The notes under the pieces are model-generated. The model was not told where the DNA came from, did no database searches, and was given only the letters and a program-made list of their open reading frames with translations. Source: Candidatus Coprosoma sp. (GTDB taxonomy: Bacteria > Bacillota_I > Bacilli_A > RF39 > UBA660). From it: a stretch of DNA of 64,000 bases. The stretch covers positions 4,070 through 68,069 of the forward strand of contig CAWVFK010000025.1 in the NCBI GenBank assembly GCA_963928595.1, read 5' to 3'. Below are positions 17,164-26,700 of the stretch, in pieces. A program made the position numbers and the translations under genes. The stretch's first letter is position 1, and the number at the start of each line of letters is the position of its first letter.

Positions 17164-18450
17164 ATGATAGACATAAAACTAATTAGAGAAAACAGAGAGT
17201 TAGTTAAAGAAAATATTAAAAAGAAATTTCAAGATAAAAAATTGCCTTTAGTTGATGAGGTATATGAATTAGATATTAAGTGCCGCGAAGCCAAAGGTAA
17301 AGGTGATGAACTAAGAAAAGAGAAAAATGAGAAAAGCGCTTTAATTGGCGCTTTAATGCGCGACGGCAAAAAGGACGAAGCTGAAAAAGTTAAAGCGGAA
17401 GTTAGTAAATATGGTGATGAGATTGCAAGATTAGAAAAAGAAGAAGAAGAACTGAGAAAAAAAATTCATGAAGATATGATGGTAATTCCAAATATTATGG
17501 ATCCATCTGTACCTATTGGTGAAGACGATTCTAAAAATGTAGAATTAGAAAAATTTGGAGAACCAGTTATTCCTGACTTTGAAATACCTCACCATGCAGA
17601 TATATGTGAAAGATTAAACGGTTTAGATAAAGAAAGTGCAGGAAGAACAAGTGGTAATGGATTTTATTATTTAATGGGCGATGTAGCTAGACTACATTCT
17701 GCAATGCTTAGTTATGCTAGAGATTTTATGATCGATAAAGGTTTTACTTACTGCATTCCTCCATTTATGATCAGAAGTGACGTGGTAAATGGTGTTATGA
17801 GTTTTGAAGAAATGGATGCGATGATGTATAAAATTGAAGGTGAAGATTTATATTTAATTGGTACATCTGAACATTCTATGATTGGTAAATTCCAAGGACA
17901 AATTATTAAAGAAGATGAACTTCCTATTACTTTGACTTCTTATTCTCCTTGTTTTAGAAAAGAAGTTGGAGCTCATGGAATTGAAGAACGCGGTTTATAT
18001 AGAGTTCATCAATTTGAAAAACAAGAGATGGTTGTTTTATGTAAACCTGAAGATGGTATGAAGTTCTATGATAAAATGTGGAAATACACTGTAGAATTTT
18101 TTAGAAATTTAAATATTCCTGTTAGAACTTTGGAGTGCTGCAGTGGTGATTTAGCTGATTTGAAGGTTAAGTCATGTGATGTTGAAGCATTTAGTCCTAG
18201 ACAAAATAAGTATTTTGAAGTTGGTTCTTGCTCAATATTAGGTGATGCACAAGCTAGAAGACTTGGCATTAGAATGAAAACTAAAAATGGTAATGAGTAT
18301 GTAACTACTTTAAATAATACAGTGCTTGCTACTCCACGTGGTTTAATTGCTTTCTTAGAAAACAATGTAAATGCAGATGGCAGTGTTAATATTCCAGAGG
18401 TATTAAGACCTTATATGGGGGGTATAGAAAAATTAGTTCCTAAAAAATAA
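17164..18450 (+). CDS. serS: seryl-tRNA synthetase
   Basis: 428 aa with an N-terminal coiled-coil arm and a class II core (FRKEVGAHG, YRVHQFEKQEMV, ATPRGLIAFLENN). Downstream of the Ser T-box. Confidence 0.95.
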   Translation: MIDIKLIRENRELVKENIKKKFQDKKLPLVDEVYELDIKCREAKGKGDELRKEKNEKSALIGALMRDGKKDEAEKVKAEVSKYGDEIARLEKEEEELRKKIHEDMMVIPNIMDPSVPIGEDDSKNVELEKFGEPVIPDFEIPHHADICERLNGLDKESAGRTSGNGFYYLMGDVARLHSAMLSYARDFMIDKGFTYCIPPFMIRSDVVNGVMSFEEMDAMMYKIEGEDLYLIGTSEHSMIGKFQGQIIKEDELPITLTSYSPCFRKEVGAHGIEERGLYRVHQFEKQEMVVLCKPEDGMKFYDKMWKYTVEFFRNLNIPVRTLECCSGDLADLKVKSCDVEAFSPRQNKYFEVGSCSILGDAQARRLGIRMKTKNGNEYVTTLNNTVLATPRGLIAFLENNVNADGSVNIPEVLRPYMGGIEKLVPKK

Positions 18451-18478
18451 ATCAAAAGTTAATGGCTTTTGATTTTTA
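18450..18478 (+). terminator. rho-independent terminator after serS
   Basis: AATCAAAAG (18450..18458) / CTTTTGATT (18466..18474) followed by TTT. Confidence 0.6.
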
Positions 18479-18522
18479 ATTTATTTTGTTATATAATAAT
18501 TTACAAATTAAAGGAGAAATAT

Positions 18523-18891
18523 ATGGAAAAAGAAATTATTTTAAATGATGTACAAAGAGAATTTTATAATAAAGTTATTAATACTCCAATAGAAGAACTT
18601 GATTTATCTCCAAAGGTTTTTATTGCACTTTTACAAACTAATTTTTTTACTATTTATGATTTTATGGATAAACCTAACGATTATTTACTTAATATCAGAG
18701 GTTTTAATTTTGAAGAAATAAAAGAAGTTGAGGATAGGCTTAAAGCAAAATACTATTTCTTTAAACTCGGCATGACTAGTGAAGAATTAAAGAGTGTAAT
18801 ATTTAATATGCCTTTAGATGAAGTTATGAGCGAACTTGATCAGGATAAACATGGGAAAGGTAAACAATATACATTAGGAAATCTAAAATAG
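18523..18891 (+). CDS. hypothetical protein, possibly with an RNAP alpha-CTD-like helix-hairpin-helix
   Basis: 122 aa from ATG 18523 (AAAGGAG SD). LDLSPKVFIALLQTNFFTIYDFMDKPNDYLLNIRGFNFEEIKEVEDRL loosely resembles alpha-CTD HhH repeats. The assignment is weak. Confidence 0.4.
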   Translation: MEKEIILNDVQREFYNKVINTPIEELDLSPKVFIALLQTNFFTIYDFMDKPNDYLLNIRGFNFEEIKEVEDRLKAKYYFFKLGMTSEELKSVIFNMPLDEVMSELDQDKHGKGKQYTLGNLK

Positions 18892-18967
18892 ATTTTCTTT
18901 TTTTTCACAATAAAAAGGAATTCCCCACTTTCATGATGTATGTTAATCTATGAAAGGAGGAATTCTA

Positions 18968-19042
18968 ATGTTTTATTTAATTGAACAAGTTAGATTTTTA
19001 ATTTATGTTATTTGGGAATATTTTGACTATAAATCAAGATAG
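18968..19042 (+). CDS. candidate 24-codon ORF (MFYLIEQVRFLIYVIWEYFDYKSR)
   Basis: AAAGGAGG SD 7-8 nt upstream. The SD can pair with CTTTCAT...ATGAAAG (about 18927..18957). The 3' end overlaps the convergent nuclease stop codon. No homology evidence. Confidence 0.25.
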   Translation: MFYLIEQVRFLIYVIWEYFDYKSR

Positions 19043-19762
19043 ATGACTATCCCCATTTGTATAATCTATTGTTATACCATCTTGAACATTATAGATGTAG
19101 ACGTTGAAGCAAACTTTACCACATTTATCTTCAACAGAGCTAGCTTCTATCTCTACTCCACTAGCGAGTAAATTATTGCCTTCATAAATTGGAGTTACAC
19201 GGTATAGGACATGATTATTTGTTCCTTTTACATAGGTGGCAACTTCATTTTCAAAGTCTAACATCGCTCCGGTGTTCATTTGTCTAGTGCAAGTTATTAG
19301 GTTTTTTTCATTGGCATTTTCACCAGTTAATTGATAACCGATTAGATGGCAGCGGTTATACAAATACTTACCACTTACAATATCATATTTGATAGTATGC
19401 CAACCAGTTGGTTTAATCATACCGATTGAACCTCTTTCTTCGTTTGGCATGGTTTCTTTTCCGACTTTTGCAAAGGCTCTTCCAGCCCTATTTAGACTAT
19501 CCAAATTACTATAAGTCTCGAAGGTCCCTTTAGCATAATCCTCATCGGTGAAGTTTGGTTTATTTTCATTTATAGTAATATAAGCTTTCCCACTATACTC
19601 TGGGATATCATCTAACCCATAGGTTGGTTCCGGTTCAATTAAAGGCTCGGTCATAAAACTTTTTATTTCATTTTGATATGCGACACATAGGAAAACAAGT
19701 ATGGTTATAATAGTTATAAAGATATTTCTATTTTTATTTTTTAGTTTACTTCTTTTGGCCAT
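19034..19762 (-). CDS. membrane-anchored/secreted DNA/RNA non-specific endonuclease (Endonuclease_NS_2-like)
   Basis: N-terminal TM, then a nuclease core YNRCHLIGYQLTGENANEKNLITCTRQMN. Start ATG 19762 (GAGG SD) overlaps the polA stop by 1 nt. Confidence 0.7.
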   Translation of the reverse strand: MAKRSKLKNKNRNIFITIITILVFLCVAYQNEIKSFMTEPLIEPEPTYGLDDIPEYSGKAYITINENKPNFTDEDYAKGTFETYSNLDSLNRAGRAFAKVGKETMPNEERGSIGMIKPTGWHTIKYDIVSGKYLYNRCHLIGYQLTGENANEKNLITCTRQMNTGAMLDFENEVATYVKGTNNHVLYRVTPIYEGNNLLASGVEIEASSVEDKCGKVCFNVYIYNVQDGITIDYTNGDSHLS

Positions 19763-22350
19763 TATTTCGCCTCGGCCCAATTTTTACCGTAGTGAATATC
19801 GATAGAAAGTGGAACAGTGAGTTCACAGACATTGTCCATGACATCAGTTACTATTTGTTTGACTTTTTCTAATTCATCTTCGGCAGTATCAAATATTAAT
19901 TCATCGTGAACTTGAATAATCATTTTACTTTTTAGATTATTTTCTTTGAAGGCTTTATAAACTTTGACCATTGCTAATTTTATGATATCAGCAGCAGTAC
20001 CTTGAATTGGAGTATTTAAAGCAATCCGTTCTCCACTTTGTCTAATAGTATAAACCGTATTTTTTAATTCTGGAATATTACGTTTACGACCAAACATTGT
20101 AGTAACATAGCCTTTTTCTTTGGCGTGAGCAATAGATGAGTCCATATATTCTTTAATACCTGGATATGTTTCAAGGTAAGTATCAATAAATTTCTTGGCT
20201 TCTACTGCTCTTATACCAATGTTTTCTCCTAAGCCAAAACTACTAATACCATAGATTATTCCAAAGTTGACAGCTTTGGCAACTCTTCGCATTTCACTTG
20301 TAACTAATTCCATTGGTACATGAAAGATATCACTGGCGGTTTTGGCATGAATATCTAGTTTATTATTAAAAGCTTCTTTTAGAGCTGGAACATCGGCCAT
20401 ATGAGCTAGAACTCGAAGTTCAATTTGTGAGTAATCGGCCCCAAAAATATAATCATAAGTTGGTACAAAGGCTTTTCTGATAGATCTTCCAAAATCATCT
20501 CTAACTGGAATGTTTTGTAAATTAGGTTCAATTGATGAAAGTCTTCCGGTTCTAGTTAAGTTTTGAGTATATATCGTATGAATTTTTTCATCATCACTAA
20601 TAGTATTGATTAAACCTTCAACATAAGTACCATAAATTTTAGATAGTTTGCGATATTCAATAATTTGATTTATTATTGGATGTTTATCTTTTAATTTATT
20701 TAAAACATCAATAGCTGTGGAATAACCACTAGCTGTTTTCTTTTTGTGTGGAAGATTTAGTTTTTCAAATAATACTTCACTTAATTGACTTGGTGATGAG
20801 ATATTAAATTCGCATCCGGCATTATTATAAATATCTTTGGTTAAGAGTTCTAGTTTGATTTTGATATCTTCTCCCATATCTCTTAAAACATCTTTATCGA
20901 CTTTAACACCCGTAAATTCCATATCAGCCAAGACGGTAGCTAGAGGAAGTTCTATTTCATTAAACAAATATTCAACATTTTCTTCTTTAATTTTGTTTTG
21001 GAAAAATTCTCTAGTATCGTAAATAAATTTAGCTCTATCGACACATGCTTTAGCAATTTCTTCTTCACTAGGCATTTTTAAGTGAATGAATTTTCCATAT
21101 ATTTTTTCATAGAATTCTAGTTTATAATCTATTTGATTAGCTAGATAAGCCATATCTTCTTTCATGTTGTAATCAAGTAAGGCACCAGCGATCATTGTAT
21201 CAAATGTAACGTTGTTTATTTCGACACCTTGCCATTTTAATGCAACAATCATTTTCTTTAAGTCATATGTGTATTTAATGTTTTCTTTTAAGAATTTTGG
21301 ATTTTGTTTTAATATTTCTGGTGGAATAAAATAAGCGATGTTTTCGTTATAGACACCCATACCTAATATTGGTGATTTATGATAGTTTTGACCAAATATT
21401 TCTAGATAAACAGCAACCTCGCCATCTACTTTAAGTTCATCTATATTTTTTATGATTTGAACTTCTACTTCTTTTTTAGGTTTTTCTTTTTTATTTGCTT
21501 TTTTTAAGAAAGAGTAGAATTCTAAATCTTCATATATTTTATTTAACTCTTCTCTATTTTCACCTTTATATTTAGTGTCTTCAATAGTAATTTCCATTGG
21601 AACATCTTTGACAATGGTGGCCAAATGATATGATTTATAAGCGTTATCTTTATCATTTCTTATTTTTTCACCTAATTTTCCTTTGATGTTATCGGCGCTT
21701 TCATATATTCCATCTAATGTTTTATATTCGTGAAGAAGTTTTAAAGCGGTTTTCTCACCAACGCCTTTAACACCTGGAATATTATCTGAAGAATCACCCA
21801 TTAAAGCTTTTAGATCAATGACATTTATCGGCTTAATGCCGTAAGCTTCCTCAAAGGTTTTTTCATTATATCTGATATAATCTTTTTGTTTTAAAAGTTT
21901 GATATCAACATCGTTTGAGATTAACTGTAATAAATCTTTATCGCTACTAACAATAGTTCCAATAAATTCTGGATCATCATCACAGAATTTAGCGAATGTT
22001 CCAATAATATCATCAGCTTCATAGTTATCTATTTCATAATATTTAATCCCCATTGCAGTGAGCAATTGTTTAGCAACTGGGAATTGTTTTTTGAGTTCAT
22101 CGGGAGTTTCTACTCTACCACCTTTATAATCTTCGTATTCTTTATGTCTAAAGGTTTTTCCTTTATCAAAGGCAACTATGACATATTCAGGATTTTCTTC
22201 ATTAATTATTTTGTGAATCATATTTACAAAACCAAATAAGGCATTGGTTGGAAAACCTTTACTATTATTCATAAAATTGCCATTATAAGCAGTAGCATAA
22301 TAGCTTCTAAACATAAGGTTGTTTCCATCTATCATTATTATTTTTTTCAT
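19762..22350 (-). CDS. polA: DNA polymerase I
   Basis: 862 aa with a 5'-3' exonuclease N-terminus, an HhH (GVKGVGEKTALKLL) and Pol A motifs (DYSQIELRVLAH, RRVAKAVNFGIIYG, QVHDEL). Confidence 0.97.
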   Translation of the reverse strand: MKKIIMIDGNNLMFRSYYATAYNGNFMNNSKGFPTNALFGFVNMIHKIINEENPEYVIVAFDKGKTFRHKEYEDYKGGRVETPDELKKQFPVAKQLLTAMGIKYYEIDNYEADDIIGTFAKFCDDDPEFIGTIVSSDKDLLQLISNDVDIKLLKQKDYIRYNEKTFEEAYGIKPINVIDLKALMGDSSDNIPGVKGVGEKTALKLLHEYKTLDGIYESADNIKGKLGEKIRNDKDNAYKSYHLATIVKDVPMEITIEDTKYKGENREELNKIYEDLEFYSFLKKANKKEKPKKEVEVQIIKNIDELKVDGEVAVYLEIFGQNYHKSPILGMGVYNENIAYFIPPEILKQNPKFLKENIKYTYDLKKMIVALKWQGVEINNVTFDTMIAGALLDYNMKEDMAYLANQIDYKLEFYEKIYGKFIHLKMPSEEEIAKACVDRAKFIYDTREFFQNKIKEENVEYLFNEIELPLATVLADMEFTGVKVDKDVLRDMGEDIKIKLELLTKDIYNNAGCEFNISSPSQLSEVLFEKLNLPHKKKTASGYSTAIDVLNKLKDKHPIINQIIEYRKLSKIYGTYVEGLINTISDDEKIHTIYTQNLTRTGRLSSIEPNLQNIPVRDDFGRSIRKAFVPTYDYIFGADYSQIELRVLAHMADVPALKEAFNNKLDIHAKTASDIFHVPMELVTSEMRRVAKAVNFGIIYGISSFGLGENIGIRAVEAKKFIDTYLETYPGIKEYMDSSIAHAKEKGYVTTMFGRKRNIPELKNTVYTIRQSGERIALNTPIQGTAADIIKLAMVKVYKAFKENNLKSKMIIQVHDELIFDTAEDELEKVKQIVTDVMDNVCELTVPLSIDIHYGKNWAEAK

Positions 22351-22379
22351 ACTTTATCACCTAATAATATTTTAGCATT

Positions 22380-22405
22380 AAAAAACACTTTGTAACAAGT
22401 GTTTT
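22380..22405 (-). terminator. rho-independent terminator after the Fic gene
   Basis: AACACTT (22384..22390) / AAGTGTT (22397..22403) with an A6 run on the plus strand, which is a U-run on the minus strand. A TTGTTA-N17-TGcTAAAAT promoter for polA appears interleaved with it. Confidence 0.55.
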
Positions 22406-22413
22406 AATATATA

Positions 22414-23556
22414 TTAACGTTTTTTAATATACTTTCCTAGTTTTAGATATTTTAAGTTTTTTGGATTTACATCAATATATTCAGGATTTAAAATTAAATT
22501 ACTATTGTGCCTAGTTCCTGTAATAAATTTCTTAGTATCACCAATATTTATCAGAACGCCTTTTTCAATTAATGGGTCAATTCTATCAGTAGTAATATCT
22601 AAGATTCTTCTTTTAGAATTATAATTATTATACATGGTCGCTAAATCTTTGATAGTTAAATTGCCATTTAAAGAGATAAAATATTCAATCATTTGTGATT
22701 CTTCTTTAGATATTTTATAAGGAGCATTTTGTCTAATATTACCAATTACATATTCTTTTTCTAATTCCTTTAAAACTTGGATCATCATATATTTTAAAAA
22801 CAAAGTAATATCACCGCGCTCTCTAGCAGCAATTATCTTATTTTCATAAGATTGTTTATCGAATGCAATAGCTCTATTTAAAATAATATATGGATAAGTC
22901 TTTTGATTTAGTAAATACCACATTGATAAAGTACGGCTAGTACGGCCATTCATATCAAAATAAGGATGAATAAAGACAAAATAGAAATGCATCACTTGTG
23001 ATTTAATAAAATTATCAATTTCTAAAGTTGGATTTTCACTATTAATATAATCAAATAGTTCATTCATATAATAATCTATTTTATTAGCTTGGGCACCTAA
23101 ATATGGAGCGATATCAAGCCTGCCACCTTTTAGAATATAAACAGGTTTAGTTCGATAATATTTTCCCATATATGTTCGGTCGTGTTCATTCAATAAATCC
23201 TTACTGATAATGGCATATAATTTTCTGACACTTTCTTTATCAATTTGTCTATGAGATAAAATATAACGATATCCTTTATACAAATTAATAATTTGTGGTT
23301 TTACTCTTTCAGATGATTTTTTATTTTTCATAACATCGCCAATTACTGATATGTCATCAGTAATACCTTCAATATTATTATTAGCTTGAATTTCCTCTGG
23401 CATCATCATATTTTTAGCAAACTTAAAATCACGCATATAAGATTTATCATCTAAAAAAGATAACAAATCTTCTTCGAATGTTTGTAAATAATCACGGTGA
23501 TAAAAAATTGTATTGCCATAACCTGTTTCTAATGAGGTTTTTACAGTTCTTTCCAT
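22414..23556 (-). CDS. Fic-family protein with a C-terminal winged-helix region
   Basis: 380 aa with Fic motif HPYFDMNGRTSR, which differs from HPFx(D/E)GNGRxxR (Y for F, M for the first G). N-terminal NNNIEGI resembles the Fic_N (S/T)xxxEG inhibitory motif. Perfect TTGACA-N17-TATAAT promoter at 23584..23612. Confidence 0.85.
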   Translation of the reverse strand: MERTVKTSLETGYGNTIFYHRDYLQTFEEDLLSFLDDKSYMRDFKFAKNMMMPEEIQANNNIEGITDDISVIGDVMKNKKSSERVKPQIINLYKGYRYILSHRQIDKESVRKLYAIISKDLLNEHDRTYMGKYYRTKPVYILKGGRLDIAPYLGAQANKIDYYMNELFDYINSENPTLEIDNFIKSQVMHFYFVFIHPYFDMNGRTSRTLSMWYLLNQKTYPYIILNRAIAFDKQSYENKIIAARERGDITLFLKYMMIQVLKELEKEYVIGNIRQNAPYKISKEESQMIEYFISLNGNLTIKDLATMYNNYNSKRRILDITTDRIDPLIEKGVLINIGDTKKFITGTRHNSNLILNPEYIDVNPKNLKYLKLGKYIKKR

Positions 23557-23630
23557 AAGTTCACCTTCTTTTTGGTAATCTGTATTATAGTATTGAAAGA
23601 TATTTTTGTCAAAAAGATATTAATATTGTG

Positions 23631-23670
23631 TATTTACACTTTTCGCAAATTTTAGGAATCTTTGGAGAAT
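23631..23670 (-). repeat. copy C of the ~38-nt intergenic repeat
   Basis: The reverse complement reads ATTCTCCAAAGATTCCTAAAATTTGCGAAAAGTGTAAAT. Lies between the polC terminator and the Fic promoter. Confidence 0.65.
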
Positions 23671-23683
23671 CTTACTATTAATT

Positions 23684-23719
23684 AAAAAAAGATGACTTTC
23701 TTTAATGAAAATCATCTTT
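23684..23719 (-). terminator. rho-independent (bidirectional-looking) terminator after polC
   Basis: AAAGATGA (23688..23695) / TCATCTTT (23712..23719), flanked by an A-run and a T-run. Immediately downstream of the polC stop (23722..23724). Confidence 0.65.
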
Positions 23720-23721
23720 TT

Positions 23722-26700
23722 TTAAAATAAAGTTAATTGACTAGATTCATCCATGCCATCTAGAATACCCATTGAACGCATTTTTTCGATTAAAGTAGCT
23801 GATATTTTGGCTCTTTTTTGTAAGTCTTCAATACTGATATATGGTCTTTTTTCTCTTTCTTCAACGATGTTTTTAGCAACTACTTCCCCTAGTCCATCGA
23901 TGGCTCTAAATGGTGGAATTAAGTTTCCATCATCATCGATTACAAAATCGTGATAATGACTTTTATATAAATCAACTGGTTTAAATTTAATATTACGCGC
24001 TAAAGCTTCTAGAGCTACTTTTAAACATTCAAGAACTGATGATTCTTTATTAGTGGCATCAAATCCTTTTTCGTTAATTTCAACGATTCTCGCTCTAACG
24101 GCATCATAACCTTTGATCATAGCCTCAATATCAAAATCATCATATTCTGCCGAGAACTGAGCAGCATAATAGACAGATGGTTGATGGACTTTATAGTACG
24201 CGAGTCTAAAAGCGTTGATTACATAAGCTACAGCATGAGCTTTGGGGAACATGTATTTGATTTTACGACATGATTCTATATACCAATCGGCTATACCAGC
24301 AGCTTTTAATTCCTTAACATATTCAGCCCATTGTTCCGGTTCTTTACTAGCTTTACCTTTACGAACAAATTCCATGATTTTAAAGGCTTTTAATCTATCC
24401 ATTCCTTCTTTGATTAAATAAGTCATAATATCGTCACGACAACCGATAACTTCGCTGAATGGAACGACACCTTGTTCAATCAAATCTCTAGCATTACCAT
24501 TCCATACATCGGTGCCATGTGATAATCCTGATATTTTAACTAGTTCTGAGAATGTTTTTGGTTTTGTCTCTTTAACCATTTGAAGGGTGAAAGGAGTTCC
24601 AAATTCAGGAATACCTAGAGTTCCAGTATCGTTCATGATTTGCTCTTTAGTTACACCTAAAGGTTTTGGTGATAGGAATATACCCATTGTTTCTTTATCG
24701 TCTAATGGAACTTTGGTAACATCATCACCAGTTATATTTTGGATTAATCTTAATTTGGTAGGTCCTGAGTGCCCTAAAATATCTAGTTTTAAGACATCTT
24801 GATCGATAGCATGATAATCAAAGTGGGTTGTTCGCCAAGCCGAATTAACATCATCGGCAGGATACTGAAATGGAGTAAAATCAAAGACATCCATATATCC
24901 TGGAATAACGACAATTCCTCCTGGGTGCTGACCAGTAGTTCTTTTAACACCAGTACAACCCCCAGCTAATCTTTCGACTTCGGCAGTACGCATAGATATT
25001 CCTTTATCTTCACAGTAACCTTTAACATATCCAAAAGCAGTTTTTGTTGCGACCGTACCAATTGTTCCTGCCCTATAAACATTATCGACACCAAATAATA
25101 CTTTGGTATATTCATGAGCAGCAGCTTGGTTTAAATCTGAAAAGTTTAAATCGATATCTGGTACTTTATCGGCATGGAAACCTAAGAAGGTGGCGAATGG
25201 CATATCTTCACCATCTTTTTTCATTTTAGTTCCACATTTTGGACAATTCATATCTGGTAAGTCAAAACCGCAGTCATAATCTTGAGATAATGGTCTACCA
25301 TCTATTTCAAATATACTGTGTTTGCATTTTGGACAAACATAATGAGCTGGTAAGCCATTCGTTTCAGTTATACCCATAAATGTGGCAACTAATGATGAAC
25401 CAACCGAACCACGAGAACCGACTAAATAACCGTCATCATTTGATTTTTTAACAAGTTTTTGGGCAATTAAGTAGATAACGTCAAAATGTGCTCCAATTAT
25501 ACCGGTCAATTTATCTTCAGCTTGTTTATTTAATTCTTCTTCATTTAAATCTGGATTTGTTTCTTTGATATCTTCTTTGACAAAGTTTTTAACACCATCA
25601 TAATAACTACGCATTACTTTATTTAGTTCAGAATATATATATTTATTATATTCTTCGTCTTTTAAGCCTTGTTTTTCAGCGTGTTTTTTAATAATGTTCA
25701 TAGGTTCTTCACCATATAATTCTTGAGCTAATCTCTCTTCAATATTATAAGGTAATGGTTTGCCATAAACACTTTCGGCTTTATCATAAACCATATCAGT
25801 AGTTGTTTCCGTACAATTTGGAATTTTAGGAGCGAATGGAATGCCACCAGTATCAATAATAACTTCGATGATGTCAATCATATCAGCTATTTTATTCGGA
25901 TTATCAATAACAATTTCCTCGGCTAGTTCTTTAGGCAAGAATGAGAAATCTTCTAACATTTCTTCGGTTGTACGTAGGTGCTGAGACGGGATTTGTTTGA
26001 TATCTTTTTTAGCTAATGGATGTCTTCCACCACCAGGGACTTTTTGATTAACAATAATTTCCCTATAAATTCTATCTTCTGGTTCTATTTGATGAACATC
26101 ACCAGTAGCAACAATTATTTTTCCGGCTTCTTTAGTAACTCTGATGATTTTTTTGATGTGTTCTAGAAGTTCGGCTTTGTTAGCAAAATCACCCATTTGT
26201 AATAAGTGATCATAGACAGCAGGAGGTTGGACTTCGACGTAATCATAGAAATTAATTAAGTTTACTAATTCTTCATCATTTTTACTTCTAGCTAGTCTAA
26301 ATATTTCACTTTCGTAGCAGCCACTACCAATTAATAAGCCTTCCCTGTGTTTTTCAATTTCACTTCTTAAGATTCTTGGGGTTTTATATAAGTATTTAGT
26401 GTTAGCTAAAGAAATTATTTTGAATAAGTTTTTTAAACCTTTTTTGTTTTTAGCTAAAATGTTGACATGATAACTGGTACCATATTTATGAATTTCATCT
26501 TTTGACACTAGTTTATCTAAATCTTTGATTGTTTCGAAATTTCTAGATACTAGTTTTTTTAACATTTTATGGAAGACTAAAGCGGTTCCTTCAGCATCGT
26601 AATCTCCCCTGTGGTGAGCCGATTCATCCCAAGGAACATCATATCTTTTAACTAAGGCAGATAAGCTATGTCTAGCATAACCGGTATCTAAAGCTCTAGA

